From NCBI GenBank assembly GCA_951406725.2, contig OX597824.1, positions 32,674,001 through 32,738,000 on the forward strand: 64,000 nt of DNA, in the 5' to 3' direction. The DNA comes from Octopus vulgaris. Lineage: Eukaryota. Position 1 is the stretch's first letter. Every line of letters begins with the position of its first letter. A program made the translations under genes and the position numbers. Positions 1 to 13,266 of this stretch are shown here, one piece after another. The notes beneath the pieces were generated by a model, which was not told the origin of the DNA, searched no databases, and saw nothing but the letters and a program-made list of their open reading frames with translations.

Positions 1-164
1 TGCTCCAGGCATCACTCACTAAAGCTATACCACTGGACATGGTGGTGACATAAGGTACCCTAGAGTGATTTTAGACCTGGTGGAACCCATACATAGCTGT
101 TACTATGTAGACTAACATTTTTTGACTGAAATAATCTTCTGATGATGTGCCTTTGTGCTTGAAA

Positions 165-330
165 TCATCATCATCATCATCATCGTTTAACGTCCGCTTT
201 CCATGCTAGCATAGGTTGGACGATTTGACTGAGGTCTGGTGAACCAGATGGCTGCATCTGACTCCAGTCTGATCTGGCAGAGTTTCTACAGCTGGATGCC
301 CTTCCTAACGCCAACCACTCCAAGAGTGCA
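165..330 (-). mobile_element. SINE family D 3' part (RTE-type, (GAT)n tail)
   Basis: (CAT)n followed by GTTTAACGTCCGCTTTCCATGC...CTGGATGCCCTTCCTAACGCCAACC. The same sequence recurs at about 2650, 5430, 8725, 11325 and 25330. Confidence 0.7.
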
Positions 331-419
331 GAAGTATATAAAGATGATCAAATATTGTCTTCTCATTGTAAGAGGCTCTCCACCTTCATTATTTTGTTAT
401 TTTATTTCTTTTTTGTGAA

Positions 420-980
420 GGCGCCTGGTTTAGTGATTAGGGTATTTGGTTCATGATCATAAGGTCATCAGGTTGATTCCTGGTGACACATTGTGTCCTT
501 GGGCAAAACACTTTATTTCATGTTGCACCAGTCCACTCAGCTGGTGACAATGAGTCCTGTAATTCAAAAAGGCCAGCCTTGTTACATTCCGTGTTACACT
601 GACTCTCTCTGGAATCTACATTAAGTGTATACATGCCTATGGAATGTTCAGCTACTTGCACATTAATTTCTTATTTCTTAATTGCCCACAAGAGGCTAAA
701 CATAGAGGGGACAAACAAGGACAGACAAGGGTATTAAGTCGATTACATCAACCCCAGTGCGTAACTGGTACTTATTTAATCGACCCTGAAAGGATGAAAG
801 GCAGAGTCGACCTCAGCAGAATTTAAACTCGGAACGTAATGGCAAATGAAATACCGCTAAGCACTTTGCTCAGCGTGCTAACATTTCTGCCAGCTTGCCA
901 CCTTTGCACATTAATTTTATGAGCTGGCCATTCCATTGACAGGATCAACTGGAATACTTGTCCTCACTGATGGAGTACCA
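420..980 (+). mobile_element. tRNA-derived SINE family C, interrupted by a family A copy
   Basis: Degenerate A/B boxes and a TGTGTCCTTGGGCAAAACACT core. The body is homologous to 61104-61471 and 62210-62530. Confidence 0.65.
670..903 (-). mobile_element. tRNA-derived SINE family A, nested insertion
   Basis: Full-length copy flanked by a 14-bp TSD, TTGCACATTAATTT (656-669 and 904-917). It carries many CpG>TpG/CpA changes relative to the copies at 28432 and 33128. Confidence 0.85.
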
Positions 981-1871
981 GGCAACTTCTTTACCAGATT
1001 GCTTCAAGAAACCTACATGATTCTTCTTTCAAATGTAATTCCAAGATGTATATGTTATTCTAGAAACACTTAGAAACACATACACACAAACCAAACACAT
1101 AGCATTTACAGAAACCAAAGAAATCTATTAACGAGTTGTAATGCTTCCATTTTGGTCCATATTTCACTTCTGAAGTGCTTTCATGTAAAACAAGAAACAA
1201 CCAGCAAGAGAGCTGGAGCAGATAATTCAAACATCAGTGGTTGGTCTCCCTGGGATAAATATATTTGTTATCCATCTTCTGCTGTGGGAAGATATCTAAC
1301 ATTGTATGAAGATATCAACAACCAAAGAATAAACGAGCTTTCTATATGATTGTTTGATACTAGAAATATACTAGAAATAGCAAACAAATTTCTCTCAAAT
1401 TACATTCTTCTGTCTTAGAAGATGTAGAAAATATTGGATTATGAAGTTGTTATGTAGAGAGACTGAACAAAATTAATTACGAAAATGCCTTTGTCCATTG
1501 TTTTATCTGCACTGTTAAGCCTAACCTGGGATGTGGCAGACTAAACCACCACCACCACCACCACCACCACAACCACTACTACTACTATATTTGTAATCAA
1601 ATTTGGAATTAAATACATTATAGAAAGAGAAATGAAATAATTTTTGAGTTAACATATAACAGAATAAAACTTCGAAGTTACTGTCACCCCTTTTCTTGTA
1701 AATGTTTCATCAACCTTGCAAAAAGTATTTAGTAATTTCTCAGTTTAATGTCAAATTGCTTTTATGTATAACTTGACATCAAAATAAGCATCTATATATA
1801 CATATATATATATATACACACATACATATATACATACATATACACACATACATATATACATACATATACAC

Positions 1872-1922
<51 letters not shown>

Positions 1923-2649
1923 AATTTTTATTTATTTATGGGTGATGGAAAATTCTCAATCGGGGAAAAATAGTATTACATTGGAAAAAATGTTAGACGC
2001 TTATAAAATAATGTATAAAAACGCATATAATTAAAGAACTCAAAGAAGTAAAATAAAAAATATATGGCAAGAAGTGAAGACAGAATTCTTAAAAGATTAG
2101 AACATCTTGGAAAGCTTCATTCCAAATGAAATGTTTGGAGATTAAAAACGACACTACGAAGATTGTATACTTAAATGAATTTTTGTTAGTAGCGATGGAA
2201 AGGTAGTTTGTACTTCTGTACTACATATATACATACATTCACACGTACATATACATAAGTTTACAAGTGTGTGTTTGTGTATGTGAATATGTGTGCGTGT
2301 GTGTGTGTGTGTGTACGTGATGTTTTTAAGTCACTTTATGTATAGAATTTTAACATAAATCTGATGGATTACTCAATATTTTTAGTTGAGTACAAGGTTG
2401 ACGGTGGCTTCCTTGCCTTCGTCAAGCTGACATCATTTATATCACACACACACACACGCACACACACACACACGTGCGAGTGCATAACATTGTGAAATAT
2501 TCTATAGAAGGAAATAAAACTAATCTTGTAAGACATTGTTTTTTGAGAATAAATTTGTCTGCTCTGTATTAATAATTCAATGCACCGAGTTCTTCAGTTT
2601 AAATCGTGGTTTTCATCATTATTTGAACAACAACATATAACTATATACC

Positions 2650-2810
2650 ACTCTGCAAAGTTGTTGGTGTTAGGAAAGGCATCCAGCCATAGAAACCATG
2701 CCAAAATAGAAAATTACAGGAGTTTGGACAGCTCTGCAGCTGGTCGGCTCCTATCAAACCGTCCATTTAAAACGGATGTTAAAAATTGATGATGATGATG
2801 ATGATAATGA
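2650..2810 (+). mobile_element. SINE family D 3' part
   Basis: TTGGTGTTAGGAAAGGCATCCAGC motif and (GAT)n tail. Confidence 0.6.
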
Positions 2811-2820
2811 GGATGTATAC

Positions 2821-3010
2821 GCCATGATAGATCAATAGCTACTACACACATTTTTTTTCTCTCCTTGTTTTTTTCTGTGTATCTTTCTGTAGAAGAGCGT
2901 AGGCTCGAAACATAAAAGACTTTTTCTATTCCTGAGTGCTATACTAATACATTTGTTTGTTTCTACACCACCTGCCCTCGTCTTTTGTTTATTTTCGTAA
3001 ACTTTCCCTT
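2821..3010 (+). repeat. Dispersed repeat, probably Penelope pseudo-LTR-derived, with a minimal hammerhead-like motif
   Basis: Closely similar second copy at 58105-58310. Contains tcttt-CTGTAGAA-GAGC-gtag-GCTC-GAAAC-ATA-aaaga at 2882-2919. Confidence 0.6.
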
Positions 3011-3632
3011 TATATATATATGAATATACATACATCATAAAGGAATAGGGATTTTATATAATCTAGATCTGGGTAATTACATCAAATGCTTTGCTTGCTT
3101 TTAGATTTTATCACCTGCCCATTGAGGCAAGGTATTATGCAAAGTAACGGTAAAAAATAAATATTATCTTTACAACTTCAAACACTGTTCTTTCATCTTT
3201 ACATAATGGCAATTAACGAAGAACCAATCCTGACAAACAGATTACCTCCATCCTACTGTGTATCAACTATTGTTTATCATATTATTGTTTACAAATCAAC
3301 CTCTCCCATTACAAATTTATACTGTTACATACTCGTTCTTCACTCATTTGTTACTGTTCTTATTCTAACTCATGTCCAATGTCCAGAAATCTTTTATCAC
3401 ACATCTGTGATCTCTTCAGTGACACTTTCAATCTTTGTGTGTGCTCTTGCTTCACTTATTTCAATACGAGCATCCCGAAATACAACATTATATCTGCTTC
3501 GACATATGATTTCACATCAGGAGTCTTGCAACACAAATTCATAAATGTGTATATATATCTATATCTATCTATCTATCATTCTATCTATCTATTTATCTAT
3601 CATTCCATCTACCTATCTATCTATCTATCTAT

Positions 3633-3678
<46 letters not shown>

Positions 3679-3745
3679 GTATATATATGTATGTATATGT
3701 GTGTGTGTGTGTATATATATGTATGTATGTATGTATGTATATATG

Positions 3746-3800
<55 letters not shown>

Positions 3801-5123
3801 TTAATGTCCCACCTATGCTAGCATGGAACATGGACGTTAAATGATGATAATGATATATATATATATATATATATATATTCATACATGTGTACATATACAC
3901 ACACACATAAATATGTACATATCAACATAATCATCATAATTATCATTGTTTCATGTCCACTTTTCCATGCTTGCATGGGTTATCTGAGTCTTCTGTAGTT
4001 CAGCAAGTTCAGTGTCTCACCATTTGCTTCCCTCTTTTATCATCTCTAGGATCGGCTTTCACTACATCTTATGTCTTCCTACTACTTGGATCTATTTGGA
4101 TTACTTGGTGCTTTGTTAATCAGCTACTAGTGTAGTTTTCTCTCTTGCGTGCTGCATCTGGTTCCTTTTATATCCTGACATTTTCTCAGTTTGTTTGTAC
4201 TCAAAGAAAAACATGTGGTGTAAATCTATATGAGGATGTGCATGTGTGTGTGCATGTGTGTGTGTGCTTGTGTATACCTATATGAAAAACCTTGGCATTT
4301 AATTCTAAAAAAACGTTAATTCTATGAAATGTTAATTCTATAAAATGAAGTGATGTAACTTTGGTAAATTTTGCCATTCACAAATAGCGTTTGATAAGAT
4401 GACTGCAAGAACTAAGTGCTGGATGTGTTCAAATTAACAGAAACCCTTCAAGGCATTCGGATGAATTCAGGGACCGAAAGCAGTAAATGAACATGTTTTA
4501 GTGTGTGTATGCATAGGTGTGTGTGTGTGTGTGTGTGCGTGTGTGTGTGTGTGTGTGTGTGCATGTATGTGAGTGTGTGCGTATGTGTGTGTGTGAGTGT
4601 ATGTGTGGTGGTGGTAAATGTATATATGCATCTATATATGTAGTGAGTTGGCCAACTAGTTAGCTATCCAATGATGACAATAATGATGATGACGACGATG
4701 ATGATGATGATGATGGTGATGACACTCACAGATGCTTAAACAAACAAACACTCAAATATGCTCACACACACACACACACATTTATACCCAAGTAGTTACA
4801 TGGAATTCAGTCAGTTTTGATAATGAGTGCTCAACCGAACGTTCTTGTTCAGTGAATGAGCACATAAATGGCAGCATATTCTATCAACATATAATATATC
4901 CTTAATGTTATCCTCAAACAGAATCAGGGTGACTCAGTGTGTGATAAGTGTGGACATTTGAGTTACAAGTAGAATCCATCCAACTGCCTAATGTCCATTC
5001 TGAGGTTTGGCCAATCCAAGGTGCTACGGGAAAAGAGCTTCGTCCAAGCTGGGAACTGATGGGACCAAACGTTGGACCACATAAATGTGAAACAAACTCT
5101 CTGTGCATTGAGCCAAACTAAAC

Positions 5124-5162
<39 letters not shown>

Positions 5163-5429
5163 GAGTGTATGTTTGTGTGTATATATATATATCAGTGTTT
5201 GTTTCTATGTTCAGTTATAATAAAAACAGTTTTACATTAATCTGATGGGTTACTCTATACTTTTACAGAGTACAAGTTTTTTATTCTTAAATAAGAATGT
5301 TGCTGAAGTTTTGGTCAGTTTAGCCATTATCAGACAGCAGTCCAATGATAGCATATCTGACTGAAACTCCAAAGACATTTCAATAATATTCTTCTCCAAG
5401 AATAATACATACATACATACACATATGTA

Positions 5430-5840
5430 TCATCATCATCATCATCGTTTAACATCCACTTTCCATGCTAACATGGGTTGGACGATTTGACTGAGAGCTG
5501 GCGAACCAGATGGTTGCACCAGGCTTTAATCTTGATCTGGCAGAGTTTCTACAGCTGGATGCCCTTCCTAACGCCAACCACTCTGAGAGTGTAGTAGGTG
5601 CTTTTACTTGCCACCAGCACGAGGGCCAGTCAGGCGGTACTGGCAATGACCTCACTCGAATCTTTTTACACATGTCACTAGCACAGGTGTCAGTAAGGCG
5701 ATGCTGGTAACGATCACACTCGAATGGTGTCTTTTACGTGCTACCGGCACGGTGGCCAGTTAGCCGCTCTGGCAATGATCACACTCAGATGGTGCTCTTA
5801 GCACCCTACTAGCACGGGGCTCAAGTGCCAGTAAGGTGAC
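5430..5840 (-). mobile_element. SINE family D with internal ~60-bp tandem units
   Basis: (CAT)n tail, the family D body, and repeated GTGCTTTTACGTGCCACC...GCCAGT...CTGGCAATGA units. Confidence 0.7.
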
Positions 5841-5907
5841 CTATATATATATATTTTTTTTTCTCTCTAGTTTCAGCTCAGAGCTGCGGCCATGTTGATG
5901 CACCGCC

Positions 5908-5947
<40 letters not shown>

Positions 5948-6604
5948 CACATATTTGTTTATACATGTAGTAATATATATTCACACATCACACTCACACA
6001 CACACACATGAGATATATGAGAGAAAGAGAGAAAGAGACAGAGTAAGAAAGAGAGAACTATTCTTATTTGTAACATATCATATACCAATTCCCGTCATAA
6101 CCGATTCTAATAAATTTGACTTTTAACGATGAAATTAGCTTCAAATTATCTAATCCCCATGAGTTCCCTAATATAAACATTTATATAATTTTTCAACTTT
6201 TCACGCTAACACGTTAGTTCTTTGAAAAACTGTTCTGCTACAGAATGTGGTACTGGAACCAACTAATCAATATGTAAGTTTATCCTTTAGTTTCATCCAG
6301 AAATACCACAGATGCAAATCAATAAGTACTTCATTAATTTTCTCATGTATCAATAAATTTTGAATTTTATTGGCACTGTTTATTCAAAGATAAAACAGTA
6401 TTACTAGCATTTATTTATTTATTATTTTTTTTGCTATGCATTTCATGTTTGAATACAAATATTAAAAGATCTCCATTGAAAGGCTAAATCAAACATCATA
6501 GAGATGTATGATATTTGTGCATATGTTAAAACATATTTGTGCATGTGTTAAGTCCTACCTGTGAATATGTTAACCTACACCTGGGCATATGTTAATTTAT
6601 ATAT

Positions 6605-6953
6605 CTTTTACTCCTTTTTTTGTTTCAGTCATTTGACTGTGGCCATGCTGGAGCACTGCCTTTAGTCGGGCAAATCGACTCCAGGACTTATTCTTTGTAA
6701 GCCTACTACTTATTCTATCGGTTGTCTTTAGCTGAACCACTAAGTTATGGGGATGCAAACACACCAGCATAAGTTGTCAAGCGATGTTGGGGGGACAAAC
6801 AGACACACAAACATACACACACACACATGCACGCACACACACACACACACACATATATACATATATAAAACGGGACATAAACACACCACTATCGGTTGTC
6901 AAGCTATGTTGGGGGGACAAACAAAGGCACAAAAACATATACACACACATACC

Positions 6954-7028
<75 letters not shown>

Positions 7029-7185
7029 GACGGGCTTCTTTCAGCTTCCGTTTACCAAATCCACTCACAAGGCTTTGGTCAACCCGAAGCTATAGTAGAA
7101 GACACTTGCCCAAGGTTCCATGCAGTGGGAATGAACCCGGAACCATGTGGCTGGCAAGCAAGCTACTTACCACACAGCCACTCCA
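6605..7185 (-). mobile_element. tRNA-derived SINE family B (CORE-like segment, internal microsatellite)
   Basis: Head GTGGCTGTGTGGTAAG...GGTTCATTCCC, CCTTGGGCAAGTGTC core, and CCAGCATGGCCACAGTCAAATGACTGAAAC tail on the minus strand. Confidence 0.8.
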
Positions 7186-7284
7186 TACCTTAATGTATTA
7201 AAGTGAAAAATTGAAAAAGCATGGAATTTTTAATGGTTTCATTAGTTTTTTAAAATATGGTTTAGTGTAGGTAATTCTGTGTAT

Positions 7285-7790
7285 ATGTACTTGCGTATGC
7301 ATGTATGTATGACTGTGGGTGTGTGTATGTGTGTATGCATTTATGTGTGTATTTGTTGGAATGTATGTGTGCATGTGTGTGTATGTGAGATGTGTGCATA
7401 TTTGTATATGTAACTGGAGGCATGTACATGTGTGTGCAGATGTGTGGGTGTGTATGTGTGCATGCATGTGTGTGTATATGTCTGGGTGTGCATGTGCTCA
7501 TGTGTGTGTTTGCGTGCATACATGCATGTATGGATGGAGACATGTTCATGTGTATGCTTGTGTGTGTGTATGTGTCTATGTATGTGTGTGTGCATGTATG
7601 TAGATATGTCTGAGTGTGCATGTGTGTATGTGCACATGTGTGTATGTGTGTGTGCATACATGCATATATGGCTGAAGACATGCATGTGTATGCATGTATG
7701 TATATGTTTGTGTATATGTGTGTGCATACATGTATGCATGTGTGTATGTATGTGTATTTGTGTGTGCACACAAATGTTTCTATGTTTATG
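7285..7790. repeat. Degenerate (TG/TGCA/TATG)n microsatellite
   Basis: Seen directly. It produces spurious ORFs in all frames. Confidence 0.9.
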
Positions 7791-8724
7791 TATACCAGCA
7801 AAAACCAGCATAAATTCTGTAACTAATTTATATCATAAGAAGAATCCATTCTCTTCAGCCCCAAAAGGGCCATAATTGAAGGCAAGACTCTACCATTCAA
7901 TAGAAATTGATAAAATGGTGCCAGATTATGTCTTGAAGTCAACATAATTGATTAAAAATGGTACCCCAACGCAGTTGTGTAAAAATAAGTGGAATCAGTA
8001 AAAGAACACAATATATTTATATATATATATATATATATCCAACCCATGGTAGCATGGAAAATGGACATTAAAGGAAGATGATGATGATGATATATATATG
8101 CCACAGCATGTACATACATACATACATGCATACATACATACACACATACATACATGCATGAATGCATGTATATTTAGGTTTGGTGATACAACCAGGAAAA
8201 TAGAAATGAAAATATGAGTATATGTATATATTCTTATTATTAATCAATAGAAGTTACATGTATGGGTACATGTATGCCAAAAGCAGCATACATGTACCCA
8301 TACAGATAGAAATATGTGCACGCACACACACACACACACACACACATGCACACTAAACAAGCAGACATAGATGTACACAAAATGTACACATGCTTATAAG
8401 CTACTTAAATTCATACAACTTTAACATACATACACACACACACACACAGAAAGAGAGAGAGAGCAGGAGGAAGAAACAAATGAATGAAAGGAAAAATGAG
8501 TGAAAAGGAAGCCAAGATCTTATATGTGCATTTTTTGTGTGAGTGAGATGTGGGTGGTTGGGTGTGCAAGTGTGTGTGTATGTTTGTGCATGTTGTGTGT
8601 ATATGCTACTTTTGTTATTGGAGTTTAATCTCAAGTCAACAGTTGCAGGGGCAGGCCTCTGTTGTATGATGATGTTTCAGGTGTGGGCATTCCTGTGATT
8701 TTTCCTATGTATAAGGATCCGTCA

Positions 8725-9300
8725 TTATCATTTAATGTCTGTTTTTCAGGCTGGCAAGGGTTGGATGGCTTGACCAGCACTGGGACAAGCTGAAGAGCTG
8801 CACCAGGCTCCAGTCATCTGTTTTGGCATGGTTTCTATAGCTGGATGTCCTTCCAAATGCTAACCACTTTACAGAGTGTATTGAGTGCTTTTTATGAGGC
8901 ACCATCAACAGTGAATTTTATGTGACATATTTTGACATAGCACCAGCCCCAGTGCTTTTCATGTGACATCATCCCCAATGCTTGTTACATGATACCAGCA
9001 TCAGTGTTTTTTACATGACACTAGCTCCAGCGCCTTTTATGTGGCACCATCGCCAGTGCTATTTATGTAGCACCATCACCAGGGCTTTTCATGTGGAGCC
9101 AGCTCCAGTGTTTTTTACATGGCACATCTCAGTGCTTTTTATATAACACTAGCACCAGTGCTTTTTATCTGGCACCATCACCAATGCGTTTTATGTAGCA
9201 TCAGCACCAGCGAATTTTATGTGACACCAGCACCAAGGTCACCAAGTACCTTGCAAGACAGAAGATCCTCAACTCGGAGTGGAGGAAGTAGTATTGAAGA
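8725..9300 (-). mobile_element. SINE family D with an expanded ~25-bp minisatellite
   Basis: Family D body followed by more than ten degenerate CAGTGCTTTTTATGTGGCACCAGCAC units at about 8885-9235. Confidence 0.7.
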
Positions 9301-9359
9301 GAGTGTGGTTTTGTGCCATTTGTGTGATTTGAGATATAGAGGAACCCAAGAATATAAAC

Positions 9360-9424
<65 letters not shown>

Positions 9425-9578
9425 ATCAAGAACATTGGAACATTGGAACAGATAAAAGTAATTGTGACTGCCAGAAATACTGTTACTTAATAATCACTGC
9501 CAGGTACTAAATCCAATGTCACTGCTGAACACTTTGTCTTAAATATGAGACAAACTTCTACCTCTGCAAATAGGGGCC

Positions 9579-9637
<59 letters not shown>

Positions 9638-9809
9638 ACACACATATGCCTGTGTCAAAACTGTACTTATGCTCTTTGTAATAGTGGGTTTTTAAGCAAT
9701 ATATCCTTGGACTATGACAAAGGTTGCTCAGCAATGAAGTCCCTATGCGGGAGTGAAACCAGCCAGGTTGATTCCCCCTTTTTTTGTCCACAAAATGCTC
9801 GTATATTGT

Positions 9810-10175
9810 ATCTTTTATCTTTTATTTGTCTCAGTCATTAGACTGTGGCCATGCTGGGGCACCAACTCAAAGAGTTTAGTCAAACAGATCAACCCCAGTG
9901 TTTATATTTTTGAAGGCTGATGCTTATTCTATTGGCTTCTTTTGCCAAACTGCAAAGTTATAGAATGTAAATAAACCAACACCAGTTGTCAAGTGAAGGG
10001 GGAAACGTGCACGATGCAAAGACACAAACACTCACACAGATACATGCACACACACACACATACATACACACACAGACACAATACATGGTGGACTGCTATA
10101 CAATTTCCAACAACTAGATTCACTCATTAGGACATTTGTTGGCCTGAGATTATAATAGAAGATGGTTGCCCAAAC
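9810..10175 (-). mobile_element. SINE family B, old 5'-truncated copy
   Basis: CAGTCATTAGACTGTGGCCATGCTGG tail and homologous body. Confidence 0.65.
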
Positions 10176-10257
10176 ATATACACACTCCCATATATGTATA
10201 TATGCATATATATACATATTGCACACCCATATATATATATACATATATATGTATATG

Positions 10258-10556
10258 TGGAGGCGCAATGGCCCAGTGGTTAGGGCAGCATTCTTGCGGT
10301 TGTAGGATTGCGGTTTCGATTCCCAGACTGGGCGTTGTAAGTGTTTATTGAGCGAAAACACCTAAAGCTCCACGAGGCTCCAGCAGGGGGTTGTAGTGAT
10401 CCCTGCTGTACTCTTTTGCCACAACTTTTTTTTCTCTTGGCCTGCTCGCTTAGCCAGCGGGGTGGCGTCATTTGAAGGCTAAAACAATGGGAAGTGCATT
10501 GACCAGTGATGTGTAGCAACATCTAATAACCTGGTCGGTCACGGTGATCACGGTGA
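10258..10556 (+). mobile_element. tRNA-derived SINE family C
   Basis: GGAGGCGCAATGGCCCAGTGGTTAGG (A box) and GGTTTCGATTCCC (B box). Matches the reverse complement of 61290-61471. Confidence 0.8.
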
Positions 10557-11324
10557 TATATCTATATGTATGTGTGTGGGTATTGATACAGACACGCACC
10601 CATACATGCATTTATGCATTTGTACAGGCGTAGATTAACACAAAATAAATGCGCACTTTATACAACTAATGCTTTCACTTTTATCTCTTTAAACAAGATA
10701 AATTCTATCCAGATTGGTGCTGGTGCTGCTTATCACATGAAAATGGTGTGCAGGCAGCATGCAGCAAACTAAGACCAGCATTCTGCGACTGAGATTCTTT
10801 CAGAAAACAACTCCAGTTCAGCTAGAGTCCCAGCTTAGAAGCATTCAGCTGTTATCACTGAGAGGCAGCTCGGCATCAAGTACAATACAGTGAAATACTT
10901 TTATTTTAAACATTAAAAACTAAGACGAAAATCTTTGTCAGGATAAGATTATAAAAAAAGACTTTGTGTTATCAGTAAACAGAAACATAACTGCTGATAA
11001 ACTGCTGCACAAAATTAGCTTCTGCTTGATTACAATAACCTGCTCTGTTTTCTTTCAAAATAAGAAGAGATGTTTGTAAAATGTGATTCAGGGAAAGGAA
11101 GCTCTGAGTTCCCAAGGGTTTTCAACCAATAGTATATGTGGTGCAACTACATCAGGGTTCTTGTAAATTTGTATTTTTACATGTTGCCTTTCAGTAAATG
11201 ACTTGTTTATACTCCTTTAGTGTTAAATAAATATAATTAGAAAACAAGTTTTATATATAATCTAATTGTTTTAATCTAAGTTTTGTGATACAAACAGGAA
11301 ACCAGAACTCGAAATATGAATATT

Positions 11325-11710
11325 ATCATCATCATCAACATCATCGTTTAACTTCTGTTTTCCACGCTGGCATGGGTTGGACAGTTTGACTGAGGTCTGG
11401 AAAGCCAGCGGCTGCACCAGGCTCCAATCTGATCTGGCAATGTTTCTATAGCTGGATGCCCTTCCTTACACCAACCACTCTAAGAGTGTAGTGTTGGCTT
11501 TTTACGTGCCACTAATACAGGAGCCAATCAGGCGGGCCTGGCATTGATCATGTTCAAATAGTGCCTTTTACATACCACTGGCATGGGAGCCAGTCAGAGG
11601 GCACTGGCATCAGCCATTTTCAGATGGTGCTTTTTACGTGCCACCAGCATGGGAGCCAGTCAGGTGGAGCTGGCATCGACCATGTACAGATGGTGCTTTT
11701 TACATGTCAC
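11325..11710 (-). mobile_element. SINE family D with ~66-bp tandem units
   Basis: (CAT)n tail, family D body, and three GGGAGCCAGTCAG...CTGGCATC...CAGATGGTGCTTTT-like units. Confidence 0.7.
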
Positions 11711-11892
11711 ATTATATATATATATTATATATATATATTTTATATATATGTTTATATTTTATTATTTAATTGGCAGAAGTTACAGAGGGCCTCAAAGGCT
11801 GAGAGTTTCATGCATTGGTACTTAACAAGATTTTTTAATCAACTTTTTCATCCACCACCCATTAGATCTTTGTATCTTGCCAGCCAGAAGAC

Positions 11893-12105
11893 ATCAAACT
11901 GGCAGAACTGTTAGCATGCTAGACAAAATGCTTAGTGGCATTTCATCCATCTTGATATTTTGAGTTCAAATTCCATCAAGGTCAACTTTACATTTCATCT
12001 ATTTTGGGGGTTGATAAATAAGTACCAGTTGAGCACTAGGGTTGATGCAATAAACTAGCCTTCTCCCCTGATGTTGCTGACCTTGTATCAAAATTTAAAA
12101 CCAAT
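11893..12105 (+). mobile_element. SINE family A, older subfamily
   Basis: Degenerate CTGGCAGAA..GTTAGCA head, GAGTTCAAATTCC, and GATAAATAAGTACCAGTTGAGCACT. Confidence 0.65.
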
Positions 12106-12545
12106 ATTTTGTCTGTCAGATAATGGACATGCTCAGTAGGTACTATTACTGAGATGACTCGAATATTTCTGATATAGTAGAATTAAAGAATTTTTCCATG
12201 TCAAAAAGTTAAAATTCTTCCTCTGTCTGCTATGATTCTCCCTAATGTTAACAGATGATTATTTAAAGAAGAAAGCAATGGTGTGTCTCGTGTATTTGTG
12301 GACATCATAAAGATGTGTACTGGTATGTGGGTGCACATACAGGTATATGTGTCTTTATGTGGGTGTATGTGTTTATATATATGTATATATAGACACATAC
12401 ACCCACATAGACGTATATATACATATATGTGTGTGTGTATATAGAAGTATGTATGTGCGTGTATATATATATATGTATGTGTGTGTGTGTGTATAGAAGT
12501 ATGTATGTGTGTGTATATATATATATGCATACATATATATATATA

Positions 12546-12578
<33 letters not shown>

Positions 12579-13266
12579 TCATAGCTGGTGACTCATTCTA
12601 GTGCTACTCATGTCCATTGTTGTCTGCAAGACCAGATCCAATAAGAAACTAAGAATAAAGACAGAATGAATCACCACTTTCATATAAGAAAATATACACT
12701 ACAGCATTTATGGAGTACTCTTGCTCTTGTTTACGAAACTAAAAACAGTATACATACACAAACATATATATATAACATATACATACTTACACACATACAC
12801 GTGTGTGTGTATGTGCATGTGGAATCTGGCGCTGGCTAAGAAAGATCAGTATAGTTAAGAATTACACTAATGTGTAACATCAAAGAGAGGAGGTAATAGT
12901 GTTTATTATCAAGTGTGTTGTCTTTAACAAATGTTATTATGTAAGCCTGCATTGAATCATTCAGAAATGATAGTAAATGATAAGAAATAATGAAAAGAAG
13001 ACAAAATCTGTGGAAAAAATAGAAATAGGACAAATAGTGAGAGATGAGCAAGGAAACGAAGTGGATGACAGTTGGTGACATGGTTACTTATGGTGCTAGA
13101 CATTTGATGACCAGCTGGCTGCTGATCGGCATCTGTACCATATTTTATGGAAGAATGATTAGAGAAAAAATTACTCAGGGACATATATTTTGTGAAAACT
13201 TAATGATAAAGGAGATTGTGAGACACTGGATGTTGTAAGACAAAAAGATAATTTAATCAAAATACA

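Noticed and set aside
10258-10335. tRNA-like sequences (also at 28432, 61400 and others)
   Set aside because: They are SINE heads that continue into shared SINE bodies and are flanked by TSDs; not standalone tRNA genes.
10713-10893. 59 open codons after a plus-strand CAG in unique sequence
   Set aside because: No recognisable homology, antisense to RyR, and a length expected by chance.
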